63,647 nt of DNA from a virus (Duplodnaviria; Caudoviricetes): IMG/VR virus record IMGVR_UViG_3300046813_000058, positions 1-63,647 of that record. One strand, 5' to 3'. Shown here in pieces: positions 39,544 to 48,247 of the stretch (position 1 is its first letter; every line of letters begins with the position of its first letter). The notes beneath the pieces are model-generated. The model made no database searches and was not told where the DNA came from. It saw nothing but the letters and a program-made list of their open reading frames with translations. The position numbers and the translations under genes were made by a program.

Positions 39544-40353
39544 TCATGGCGTCGGATGATCGTATGACGCGCTGAATGATCCGACGGTCAGCCCGCCAGC
39601 GTTGACGACCATTTTCAGCACGACGCGATCGGTCACGCCGAGCGCGATCGGGGATGGAATCGAGAACGGGACGCTGTTCAGTGCCAGCGGAACGTTGCTG
39701 AACGCGCCGTTGACGAGGTTCGTCGTGTTGTCCGACGCCGAGACCACGTCCAGCGAAATGGTGGTGATGTCGACCAGTCCATCGCCGACGACAACGATCG
39801 CCCCATTCTTGAGACGGTCACCTGCCCGCATCGGCAGCGTCCAGAAAAGCACGGTCGGCCCGGTGGTCAGGATGTTGTCGGGCTGGTTGCGGATGATGCT
39901 GGCATTCGATGCCACGGCATTCGCCGCGCCTAGCAGTATGGTGCTCGTGGCGCTGCTCGCGATGTCAGTCCCCGTTGCGACCCCGCAGCCGGGTATGCCC
40001 AGGTCGCTCATCGAGCCATCGGTGTACACAGCTTCGATCGCGTAGCAGTACGACACGCCACCAGCGAGACCGGTTGCCGTCCACGTCGTCGGAGCGGGCG
40101 GCAGCGCGCTTGGCAGCAGCACGCTCGCGACGTCCACGAACGCGCCACCGGCCGTCGACTGAAACACGTAGAACTTCCAGGCCGAGGCGTCGGCAGTCCA
40201 CGTGATCAGCTGCTGGCCGGCCGCCGGTTCCATCACGGCGACACCGCCAGGTCCAGCGACGGCCTGCTGCGCCGCCCGTTCGCCACCCCCTCCTAGGCAC
40301 GCAGACACCCACGGAACTCCAATCAATGCAAGAAGTTTCAGCGAAGAGAACAT
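39544..40353 (-). CDS. Putative lipoprotein with FN3-like domain
   Basis: GGAG RBS; VSAC lipobox; ITW...YV...TGL..GVSYCYAIEAV. Confidence 0.65.
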   Translation of the reverse strand: MFSSLKLLALIGVPWVSACLGGGGERAAQQAVAGPGGVAVMEPAAGQQLITWTADASAWKFYVFQSTAGGAFVDVASVLLPSALPPAPTTWTATGLAGGVSYCYAIEAVYTDGSMSDLGIPGCGVATGTDIASSATSTILLGAANAVASNASIIRNQPDNILTTGPTVLFWTLPMRAGDRLKNGAIVVVGDGLVDITTISLDVVSASDNTTNLVNGAFSNVPLALNSVPFSIPSPIALGVTDRVVLKMVVNAGGLTVGSFSASYDHPTP

Positions 40354-40634
40354 GCAAATCTCCAATTCTTGGGCGGAAGCATCGCCCTGCCATATTCATG
40401 GCGCATGGTTTGCGCGTTTTGCAATATCCGTTTGCGAGTTTTACTTACGTGAGATTTTCCCCGCAGGGAAACGCACAGTTTGCGTCCGTGGAACAATTTG
40501 CACGACCGGCGCCGCCAGGGGTCCCTCTCAGCGAAGTGGACGAAGCAACCAGGCCGCGCCGGTCGCTTGGCACGGTACCGCGAGATTCGGCTATTGCGTT
40601 GCGCCTACATACAAGAATTGCCTACGATTCTGCG

Positions 40635-41090
40635 GTGGAAGTCGATTCGAGCCACCCTGCAGAATACTTACCGGCGGACCCCACACCCGAGGAACGGCTG
40701 CTTGTTCCGCATTGTGACCAGCATTCCGTACCCAAGGTAGCGATGCGCGCTCACCGAGTCGCCGAGTGGGCCGGCAACATGGACGGCATGTTCAAGCGCG
40801 CGCGACGTCACGTGATCGCTGGCGTGATCATCGCCGGAACGAACCTTGCCGCGGTCGGCGCCTACTGGCTGCATGCGCACGATGCACAGCTCTCTGCTGC
40901 GATCGCCGCGGAAGAACAGGCGCGGTCGTTCCACGAATATAAGAGCGCGCGGACGCTCGAGCTCGACGACCTGCGCCACCAGATCGCCGAGCTGCGCGCG
41001 GTGCTACTGCGCCTCGGCGTATCGGTCCCGGCGACGGGCGGGGAGACCGACGTCCCGAGCGATGCGGATCGCGTGTCGGTGCGGCGGTAG
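40635..41090 (+). CDS. Membrane-anchored coiled-coil protein
   Basis: GTG 6 nt after TACGAT; one TM segment then coiled coil. Confidence 0.5.
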   Translation: MEVDSSHPAEYLPADPTPEERLLVPHCDQHSVPKVAMRAHRVAEWAGNMDGMFKRARRHVIAGVIIAGTNLAAVGAYWLHAHDAQLSAAIAAEEQARSFHEYKSARTLELDDLRHQIAELRAVLLRLGVSVPATGGETDVPSDADRVSVRR

Positions 41091-41393
41091 CTATCGCGCC
41101 GCAGCGCGCAGGACGGCGCCGCACTCGCCGAGGTCGCACCACACCGGCCGGGGCTCGATGTTCGGCGCGCAAGCCTGCTGGCACGCCTTGAGCTCGGGCC
41201 GGACCCCCGAGCAGGTGCCGAACGAACAGAACGGACACCGCTGCAGGATCCCGAAGGAGCATTCCGTGTTGGAGCTGCAGATGTTGAAGCACGCCAAGGG
41301 GCCGGGGCGAGGCGGTGGCACGGCGGCGGCCGGCGGCGAAGAAGATCCGCAGGCGACAAGGACAAGGAACAGGACGCAGAAGGCCAGCCTCAT
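41091..41393 (-). CDS. Cys-rich putative lipoprotein
   Basis: LVAC lipobox, Pro linker, 10 further Cys (CFNICSSNTEC...CPFCSFGTC). Confidence 0.7.
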   Translation of the reverse strand: MRLAFCVLFLVLVACGSSSPPAAAVPPPRPGPLACFNICSSNTECSFGILQRCPFCSFGTCSGVRPELKACQQACAPNIEPRPVWCDLGECGAVLRAAAR

Positions 41394-41435
41394 GCAGTGG
41401 TTGTACCGCATCTGCACCTCGTGTAGGGTGGTGCC

Positions 41436-41876
41436 ATGCCTTTCGCGAACACCGCGATCCTGGATCTCCTCAAGCTCCTGCTCAACAACACGACGTGGGC
41501 CGGTGTCGGAGACGCCACCGGGATCGTCGGCTCGGGCGCGGCCGGCTCGTGGTTCCTGAGTCTCCACACGGCCACACCCGGGGCCGGCGGCGATCAGACC
41601 ACGAACGAGATCTCATACACCGGGTACGCGCGTGTGGCGGTTGCCCGAACCTCGGGCGGATGGACCGTCTCGGGCAACCCGGCGACGCTGGCGACCACGG
41701 TCAGCTGGCCGATCAGCAGCGGCGGCACCGGTGGCACCGCCACGTTCGTCGGGCTGGGCAAGTCGTCCAGCGGCGCCGGCGAGCTGGCCCTGTTCGGGGC
41801 GATCTCGCCGACGATCACGGTCAACAACGGCGTCACGCCGCAGCTCACCTCGGCCACTACCGTCACGCTGACCTGA
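41436..41876 (+). CDS. Virion structural/tail-fibre-associated protein
   Basis: LSLHTA.PG..G.QTTNEISYTGYARVAV.R motif. Confidence 0.75.
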   Translation: MPFANTAILDLLKLLLNNTTWAGVGDATGIVGSGAAGSWFLSLHTATPGAGGDQTTNEISYTGYARVAVARTSGGWTVSGNPATLATTVSWPISSGGTGGTATFVGLGKSSSGAGELALFGAISPTITVNNGVTPQLTSATTVTLT

Positions 41877-41898
41877 GGAGCGCCGCGGCGCATCCCCG

Positions 41899-42609
41899 AT
41901 GGCCTTCGCGTTCGTCCAGCAGAACTCGGCCGACAACGCGGCGAGCGCGGCGACGATCACCGTCACGCTCACGCCGACCGCGGGGAACCTGCTTGTATTC
42001 GCCGCCACGGGCGATTCGGCCGACACCGCGAGCATCGCGTTCTCGGACAACCTGGGGACGCACAACACGTTCACCCAGATCGGAACGGACCTGGTCACCG
42101 GCAACGCCCAGCGCTGCGCCTGGTACTTCGCCGCGAACTGCAAGGGCGGCGCGACCACGTTCACCGTGACGTTCTCGACCGGCACGCGTTTTCGCGCGAT
42201 CTACGTCGCCGAGTACTCCGGCATCACGACCACAACCCCGTTCCTCAATGGGGCGCGGGCTGAGAACGTGGCCCCGGGAACCGGCACCGATGCCGTGAGC
42301 TCGGGCAACGCCAACGCGACCAGCCAACCGGCCCTCGTCTGGGGCTTCTGCATCGACACCTCCGGAAGTACAACCCCGAACGCGGGCACGGGGTTCACGG
42401 CACGCACGAACGTGTGGAGCACCAACACCTGTCTCGGGAAGCCCGAGGACAGGCGGGTCACGGCCACGGGAAACGTGGCGGCCACGTTCACCGCGACCAC
42501 GGGCGGCGACACACACGCGACCGGCGTCGGCGTCTTCGCGGAGACCGTGACCGCGGTGTCCGACGCGCCGTCCAATCCGCGCACGCCAAGCTATCTGCAT
42601 TCACTCTAG
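41899..42609 (+). CDS. Putative virion structural protein
   Basis: Thr/Ala-rich beta protein, TAGNLLV, EYSG. Confidence 0.65.
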   Translation: MAFAFVQQNSADNAASAATITVTLTPTAGNLLVFAATGDSADTASIAFSDNLGTHNTFTQIGTDLVTGNAQRCAWYFAANCKGGATTFTVTFSTGTRFRAIYVAEYSGITTTTPFLNGARAENVAPGTGTDAVSSGNANATSQPALVWGFCIDTSGSTTPNAGTGFTARTNVWSTNTCLGKPEDRRVTATGNVAATFTATTGGDTHATGVGVFAETVTAVSDAPSNPRTPSYLHSL

Positions 42610-42620
42610 GGAGATAAACC

Positions 42621-43091
42621 ATGCGCTGCTACACCGTGAACCTGACCCCGACGGCGATCGCTGTGGCGACCACCGACCTGATCGCGGTGCTCGCCGCCAC
42701 CGACTTCCCGATCAAGGTCCGCGCGATCCGCATCTGGCAGACCTCCGACTTCGGCGACGCGCAGGACGAGGTGGTCACCATCAACCTGGTGCGCGGCAAC
42801 ACGACCGTGGGATCCGGCGGCCCGGGGGCGTTCACGCCGATCCGCAAGGTCCGCACCGACGCCGCGGCCTCGTTCACCGCGCGGACCGCGGACACCACGG
42901 CGGCGAGCGCGGGTACGCCCGAGACCCCGTACTCGACGGGCTGGAACGTCCGCAACCCCCTGGAGGTCATCTTCCCTGACGAGATGATGGTCGGCACGCA
43001 CGGCAATCAGTTCCTCGTGCTGCGGTTCGGCGCCGCGCCGGTCGACTCGCTCACCATCGGCTGCTCGATCGACGTGTGGGAAATGAACTGA
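42621..43091 (+). CDS. Putative virion structural protein
   Basis: GGAG RBS; in fibre cluster. Confidence 0.6.
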   Translation: MRCYTVNLTPTAIAVATTDLIAVLAATDFPIKVRAIRIWQTSDFGDAQDEVVTINLVRGNTTVGSGGPGAFTPIRKVRTDAAASFTARTADTTAASAGTPETPYSTGWNVRNPLEVIFPDEMMVGTHGNQFLVLRFGAAPVDSLTIGCSIDVWEMN

Positions 43092-43098
43092 GCGCACC

Positions 43099-46068
43099 GT
43101 GTCGCTCTTTCGTCCCCCACCGCTCCCACAGCAGCGGCGACCTGGCTCGCTCAGCGGGGTCCCGGCAGCTGCGGGCGATGGCGCGTTCACCGGCTCTGGC
43201 GACATCGCCGGGGCTGGGGTCGGTGGGGTCGCGGGCGCCGGGACGTTCTCCGGCTCGGCGGCGTTCGCCGGCACGAGCGCCGGGCAGGGCGTCGGCGTCC
43301 TCACCGGATCCGGGGCGCTTGCCGGTGGTGGCGCCTCTCTGGCGGGCGGTGCTGGCGCGCTCGCTGGTGTCGGTGCGCTCGCCGGGGTCTCGAACAACTC
43401 CTTCCCGGTCAGCGTGTCGGCGAACGGGCGCTACCTGGTCCACCCCGATGGCACGCCGTTCCTGCTGTTCGCCGACACCACGTGGTCCCTGTTCGAAGAC
43501 ATCCCGATCGCCAGCCTGAACACGTACTTCTCCACGCTCGTCTCGCAGGGCTTCAACGCGGTCAGCTCGAACGCGATGGAGCACCACTACACCCTGGTCA
43601 AGCCGCCCAAGGAGCGCGGCGGGCTGCTGCCGTTCACGCAGAAGATGGACGGCACGACGTTCACGGGCTCCCCGAACGGCACGACCGGGGCGGCCGGCAC
43701 ACAGGGACAATTCGCGAGTGACAACTACAGCAACATCAACAACCAGGCGCCCGACTGCACCTTTATCAACAACAGCTACTGGACCACGGTCGAGACGATC
43801 CTGAACGCGGCGCTGGCCAGCGGGCTGATCGTGCTGATCTGGCCCGGCTACCTCGGGTTCCACGCGAACGACGAGGGCTGGCTCAACGAGATGACGGTGT
43901 GGGACGCGGTTACCGGGGCCGGCGGGTTCACGGGCCAGAGCTTCGCGAATCCGGCCAAGAGCAAGATGTGGAACTTCGGCGCGTGGATGGCGGCGCGCTG
44001 GAAAACGTACCCCAACATCATCTGGGTGATGGGCGGCGACTACGGCAGCGGTGGCCAGAGCCTGAACACCGCGCAGTCGGCGGCGGTGAGCAACCTCATG
44101 GCGGGGCTCAAGTCGGTGGCCGGTCAGGCATCGCTGCTCTACACCGCGCACTGGGATCGGCCGGCGCTATCGACGGATACGGTGCTCGCGGCCGGGTCGT
44201 TCGACCTGAACGGCTGCTACGCCGACGAGAGCGTGGCCGAGCTGGCGCGCCGCGGGTTCGCAGCCTCGCCGACGAAGCCGACCATCGGTCTCGAGTACTT
44301 CTACGAGGCCGACCTGTTCGGCGGCTCGGCGCCATTCCGCAAGTACCCATACTGGCAGTTCCTCGGCGGGGTCGCGGGTGGGTTCTACGGCCACGAGCAG
44401 ATCTGGAGGTTCGACACCGGCTCGCCCGGCACGGACTGGACGACGCTGCTCGCGACGCAGGCACGACTCGACGCCGTCCGGCAGGTCGCGCTTTGGAAGA
44501 CGCTGCCGTGGCACCGCCTGAAGCCCTCGGGGCTCGGCGGCATGATCTCGTTGATCACCGCTGGCGGCGGCACGGCAAGTCCCCAGTCGACGACCTACGT
44601 GGCGGCGGCGGCGACGAGCGAGGGGGATCTCCTGCTCGCGTACATCCCGCCCGACCACACCGGCACGATCACCGTGGCCATGACCGCGATGGCGGCCTCG
44701 GCTCGAGCTCGATGGTTCGATCCGACCAACGCGACCTTCACGGCGATCGGCGTGATCGCCAACACGGGCACGCACGTGTTCACGACGCCGGCCACGAACA
44801 ACGCCGGGGACACGGACTTCCTGCTCGTGCTGGACACGCCGGCCGGCGCCTTCACGGGGTCCGGGGACATGTCGGGGCACGGTGCCGCGCTCGCCGCGGG
44901 GTCCGGCGCGCTCTCGGGGTCCGGCGCGCTCGCCGGCGGCGGGGCCGCGCTGATCGCTGCGGCTGGCGCGGCGACTGGATCGGGGACGTTCGCCGGCGTG
45001 GGCGCGGCGGCAGTGCAAGGCGGCGGCGCGCTCTCCGGGTCGGGGGCCATGGCCGGCAGCGGCGCGGAGCTCGCGACCGGGATCGGTGCGTTCGCCGGGA
45101 CTTCGGCGCTCGCTGCGGTCGGCCTCTCGAACGCGGCAGGCTCGGCAGCCCTTACCGGCGCCGGGGCGCTCGCTGCGGTCGGCGGCGGGCTGGCGGCCGG
45201 ATCGGCGACGCTCTCGGCCAGCGGCACCATCTCGGCGACCGGCGCATCGCCGGCGCCCACGGCAGGCGACTTCACCGGATCGGGCGCGATCGCCGGGGCA
45301 GGCGCCGCGGGCGCGGCCGGAACGGGCACCGGAAGCCTGTCCGGTGCCGGTGCAATCGCCGGGGCCGGCGCGCAACTCACCGCGGGCGCGGGCGCGGTGG
45401 CGGGCGCGGGCAGCCTTGCGGGCGCGGGTGCGCAGCTCATCGCCACGAGCGGCGACCTGGCCGGCTCCGGCGCGCTCTTGGGGGCGAGTTCCGCGCTCAA
45501 CTCGGGGGCCGGCGTGGGCGCGCTCGGCGGCGGTGGAGCGATCGCCGGCGCGGGCACGGCGCGGGCGGCCGGAGCATCGGCGATCGCGGCGACGGGCACG
45601 ATCTCCGGGCATGCCGTGGGCATCACGATCGGCCCGGTGTCCGGCTCGCTCACCTGGAGCCCGCTCTTTGGTCGACTGCAGGACGGAGGCCCGAACATGA
45701 TCGAGCTCTCAGGACCGCTCACCGTGTACCGCGGCGACGACGTGGACTATGTGCTCGTCGTCACCGACGACACCGACACGCCGATCGACCTGACCTCGGT
45801 TGCCGCGCTCGAGGTCCAGGTCAAGACCGCGATCGGCGCCGCCGACCCGCCCACCCTGTCCAAGTCCCTCGCGGCCGGGACCGTCGTGCTGCTCGACCAG
45901 ACCGCGCCGGCCACCAAGGGCCGCGCGTCGTTCGGGTTCACGTCGGCAGAGACGAACATCACCCCTGGGCTCTACTGGCTCGACATCGTGCTCGTGCTCG
46001 CCGGCAAGCGGACCCACGTCATCACACCGCGCGCGTTCACGATCACCGACGTTGTGAACCCGCCCTGA
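43099..46068 (+). CDS. Large tail/virion protein with DUF4038 (GH140 apiosidase-like) domain, collagen-binding-like domain, Gly/Ala-rich repeats and BppU-like C-terminus
   Basis: NGRYLV..DGTPF..FADTTW, YPNIIWVMGGD, KPT...EYFYE, WFDP, YRGD. Confidence 0.75.
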   Translation: MSLFRPPPLPQQRRPGSLSGVPAAAGDGAFTGSGDIAGAGVGGVAGAGTFSGSAAFAGTSAGQGVGVLTGSGALAGGGASLAGGAGALAGVGALAGVSNNSFPVSVSANGRYLVHPDGTPFLLFADTTWSLFEDIPIASLNTYFSTLVSQGFNAVSSNAMEHHYTLVKPPKERGGLLPFTQKMDGTTFTGSPNGTTGAAGTQGQFASDNYSNINNQAPDCTFINNSYWTTVETILNAALASGLIVLIWPGYLGFHANDEGWLNEMTVWDAVTGAGGFTGQSFANPAKSKMWNFGAWMAARWKTYPNIIWVMGGDYGSGGQSLNTAQSAAVSNLMAGLKSVAGQASLLYTAHWDRPALSTDTVLAAGSFDLNGCYADESVAELARRGFAASPTKPTIGLEYFYEADLFGGSAPFRKYPYWQFLGGVAGGFYGHEQIWRFDTGSPGTDWTTLLATQARLDAVRQVALWKTLPWHRLKPSGLGGMISLITAGGGTASPQSTTYVAAAATSEGDLLLAYIPPDHTGTITVAMTAMAASARARWFDPTNATFTAIGVIANTGTHVFTTPATNNAGDTDFLLVLDTPAGAFTGSGDMSGHGAALAAGSGALSGSGALAGGGAALIAAAGAATGSGTFAGVGAAAVQGGGALSGSGAMAGSGAELATGIGAFAGTSALAAVGLSNAAGSAALTGAGALAAVGGGLAAGSATLSASGTISATGASPAPTAGDFTGSGAIAGAGAAGAAGTGTGSLSGAGAIAGAGAQLTAGAGAVAGAGSLAGAGAQLIATSGDLAGSGALLGASSALNSGAGVGALGGGGAIAGAGTARAAGASAIAATGTISGHAVGITIGPVSGSLTWSPLFGRLQDGGPNMIELSGPLTVYRGDDVDYVLVVTDDTDTPIDLTSVAALEVQVKTAIGAADPPTLSKSLAAGTVVLLDQTAPATKGRASFGFTSAETNITPGLYWLDIVLVLAGKRTHVITPRAFTITDVVNPP

Positions 46069-46122
46069 TCGCGGGCGTGACTCGCGCGCGGTAAACTGGT
46101 ACCGTGGTCCGAAGGAGACCAC

Positions 46123-46779
46123 ATGGCAGACATCAGCGTACCCGTTCAAGTCACACCGACCCCGCCGATCCCGCCCAAGCCGGGCTACAAGACCACCGAG
46201 TGGTGGGGCCATCTCGCCGCGATGGCGCTTACGCTCGTCTTCGCGAGCGGCATCCTGACGAACGCCACGGAGATCCAGATCGCCGGGATCGCCGCGGCGT
46301 GGCTGGGCTCGTTCGGCTACCAGGTCAACCGGAGCTGGGTGAAGACCAGCGCCGTACTGCTGCTCGTCGGCGCGCTCGGGACCGCGCCGACCGCCTGCAC
46401 CGCGACCGAGCGCAGCGCCGCGGCGACCAACGCGGGCCACGCGGCGATCAACTGCACTGCGACGGTGATCGGCACCACACCGGGGCTCGACCTCGCGACC
46501 CTCGCGGCGATCGCCAACACGGTCGCGGCCGAGCGGACGAAGTGCATGACGGCGAGCGGGCTCGACTGGACGTGCGTCGAGACCGACGCGATCGGCCAAG
46601 GTGTGACGCTCGGCGGATGCGCGCTCGTCCAGCTGGTCGCTGCGGCGGCCAAGGCGATCTCGCCGGCCGTGTCTGGGCTGGCCGCGAACCCTGCGCCGCC
46701 ACCGGGTCGCGCCGAGCTCGAGGCGTTCCGCCGCAAAGTCGGCGGTGCGACGTGGCACACGGCGACGGGTGACCTGTGA
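46123..46779 (+). CDS. Putative holin-like membrane protein with extended C-terminal domain
   Basis: KPGYKTTEWW plus 2-3 TM segments, then PTAC and Cys-containing domain. Confidence 0.55.
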   Translation: MADISVPVQVTPTPPIPPKPGYKTTEWWGHLAAMALTLVFASGILTNATEIQIAGIAAAWLGSFGYQVNRSWVKTSAVLLLVGALGTAPTACTATERSAAATNAGHAAINCTATVIGTTPGLDLATLAAIANTVAAERTKCMTASGLDWTCVETDAIGQGVTLGGCALVQLVAAAAKAISPAVSGLAANPAPPPGRAELEAFRRKVGGATWHTATGDL

Positions 46780-46949
46780 AGCGCAAGATCGGCAAGCTCG
46801 AGCTTCATCGCGAGGAGCTGCGCCGCGTCGAACCTGCCGCGGTCAACGGCGGCATCACGACGTACACGACGACGGCCGATGAGGCATGCTCGGGGCCGTG
46901 CTGCGGCAAGGTAACTGTTTCCTGGTGCGCGGGCAAAGACGGCGCGTAG
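46776..46949 (+). CDS. Lanthipeptide/RiPP precursor-like peptide 2 (57 aa, not in ORF track)
   Basis: MKRKIGKLELHREELRRVEPAAVNGG-ITTYTTTADEACSGPCCGKVTVSWCAGKDGA; GTGA coupling to upstream gene. Confidence 0.7.
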   Translation: MKRKIGKLELHREELRRVEPAAVNGGITTYTTTADEACSGPCCGKVTVSWCAGKDGA

Positions 46950-46950
46950 C

Positions 46951-47562
46951 TCAGTCCCTGAACGAGTCGCGCATCGGCATGATCACGTAGCGCGTGCCGC
47001 CGTAGCCCTCGAACAGCATCGGCTCGTGCATTGGGCCGTCCACCGGACCGCCCCACATCGTGAGCCGGATGCCGTGCTGCTCGCCGTCGTTGACCACGTC
47101 TTGGATGTCGGCGATCGACGCGAGGTAGCGCGGGTTGACGACGTACCCCGTGGGCGGCGACTTCCCCGGTCCCTTCGGCATGGCCCTGTCGAAGGGCGGG
47201 TAGTCCTCGATGCAGCCGGCCTGGACGACCATCCCTGCCGGCCCCAGGTCGAGCATGATCGTCTTGCCGTCGGGCCGGATCTCGATGACGCGCTTCCCGT
47301 CCTCGTCGGTCAGAACGCCATCCCGGAGCTCATGCTGTGCCGCGGCGGCAGCGAAGATGTGCTCGCGCTTGATCGAGAACTTGGCCTTCGGGTGCGATCC
47401 GACAGGGATGCGCGCCAGCCGATGGCCGTCGGTTGCCACCAGCTCGCCATCGAGCACGGCGACGACCGCGAGGTGCGGCCGGTCGGCCGAGGTTAGGCCG
47501 GGGAAGCTCCACTGCGCCACGGCGCGGAGCAAGTCGGTTCGGATGCGAAGTGGATTAGTCAT
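46951..47562 (-). CDS. Short DNA polymerase III beta-clamp-like protein
   Basis: LVATDGHRLA, YPPFDRAMP, NPRYL, YVIMPMR; leaderless promoter at 47569-47597. Confidence 0.8.
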   Translation of the reverse strand: MTNPLRIRTDLLRAVAQWSFPGLTSADRPHLAVVAVLDGELVATDGHRLARIPVGSHPKAKFSIKREHIFAAAAAQHELRDGVLTDEDGKRVIEIRPDGKTIMLDLGPAGMVVQAGCIEDYPPFDRAMPKGPGKSPPTGYVVNPRYLASIADIQDVVNDGEQHGIRLTMWGGPVDGPMHEPMLFEGYGGTRYVIMPMRDSFRD

Positions 47563-47600
47563 CCGATGTTTATAGCGGAACGGTAGAGCGAGCGCAAGCC

Positions 47601-47789
47601 CTACGTGCGCCGCGCCAGGATCTCGGCGACGTCGACCAGCGCGGCAAGCTCGGCGTTCCCCCGCTTCTGTCCGCCGTCGTACTCGCGGATCGCGGCGCGC
47701 TCCTCGACGAGCTCGGCGACCTCGGCGACGTCGGCGCGGTAGGTCTTCGCGAGCGCGGTCACCTTCTGGCGGAGGATCTCAGGCTTCAT
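47601..47789 (-). CDS. Small hypothetical protein
   Basis: EERAAIREYDGG motif. Confidence 0.55.
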   Translation of the reverse strand: MKPEILRQKVTALAKTYRADVAEVAELVEERAAIREYDGGQKRGNAELAALVDVAEILARRT

Positions 47790-48247
47790 GCCTTCTCTTC
47801 CTGGTGTTCCGGGATCTTGAATCCGATGTCGTTCTGGTGCCACGACGCCATGCAGCGTTGACACCCGACGCGCTCGTCGACCGGCTCGGTGATGCCGGCA
47901 CCCGACCCGCCACAGCGCCCGTCGGCGGGGAGCCCCGTCTCGGCGTCGGTGACCGAGATCTCGAGGTCCGCGAGCGATGGCTTCTCCCCGGTCTCTGCGC
48001 AGCGCTTGAGCACCGCGCGGACGCCGTCGATCTGCATGCGAAGCTGGCGCCGGAACCCTTCTTTGGCGCGGGGGCTCAGCCGGTCGAAGAACGCCCGCAG
48101 GTCGCGGTAGCCCTTCGTCTGGGTCAGCCGCACGCGCGGCGAGCCGGCAAGCGCCACGGGGTCGATCGAGAGCGCGCCGTGGTCCTCGGTGATCCGCGCC
48201 TGCAGCGTGGCGAACTCGATCAGCAGCTTGGCGTCGGTGTAGTTCAC
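47786..48247 (-). CDS. Hypothetical protein
   Basis: Coupled ORF; CGGSG...CQRC. Confidence 0.55.
   Translation of the reverse strand: MNYTDAKLLIEFATLQARITEDHGALSIDPVALAGSPRVRLTQTKGYRDLRAFFDRLSPRAKEGFRRQLRMQIDGVRAVLKRCAETGEKPSLADLEISVTDAETGLPADGRCGGSGAGITEPVDERVGCQRCMASWHQNDIGFKIPEHQEEKA

Noticed and set aside
44840-45660. Tandem DNA repeat array or CRISPR
   Set aside because: Degenerate Gly/Ala/Ser protein repeats; no fixed repeat-spacer periodicity here or elsewhere
37931-46068. Diversity-generating retroelement or invertase acting on fibres
   Set aside because: No reverse transcriptase, TR/VR pair or recombinase seen
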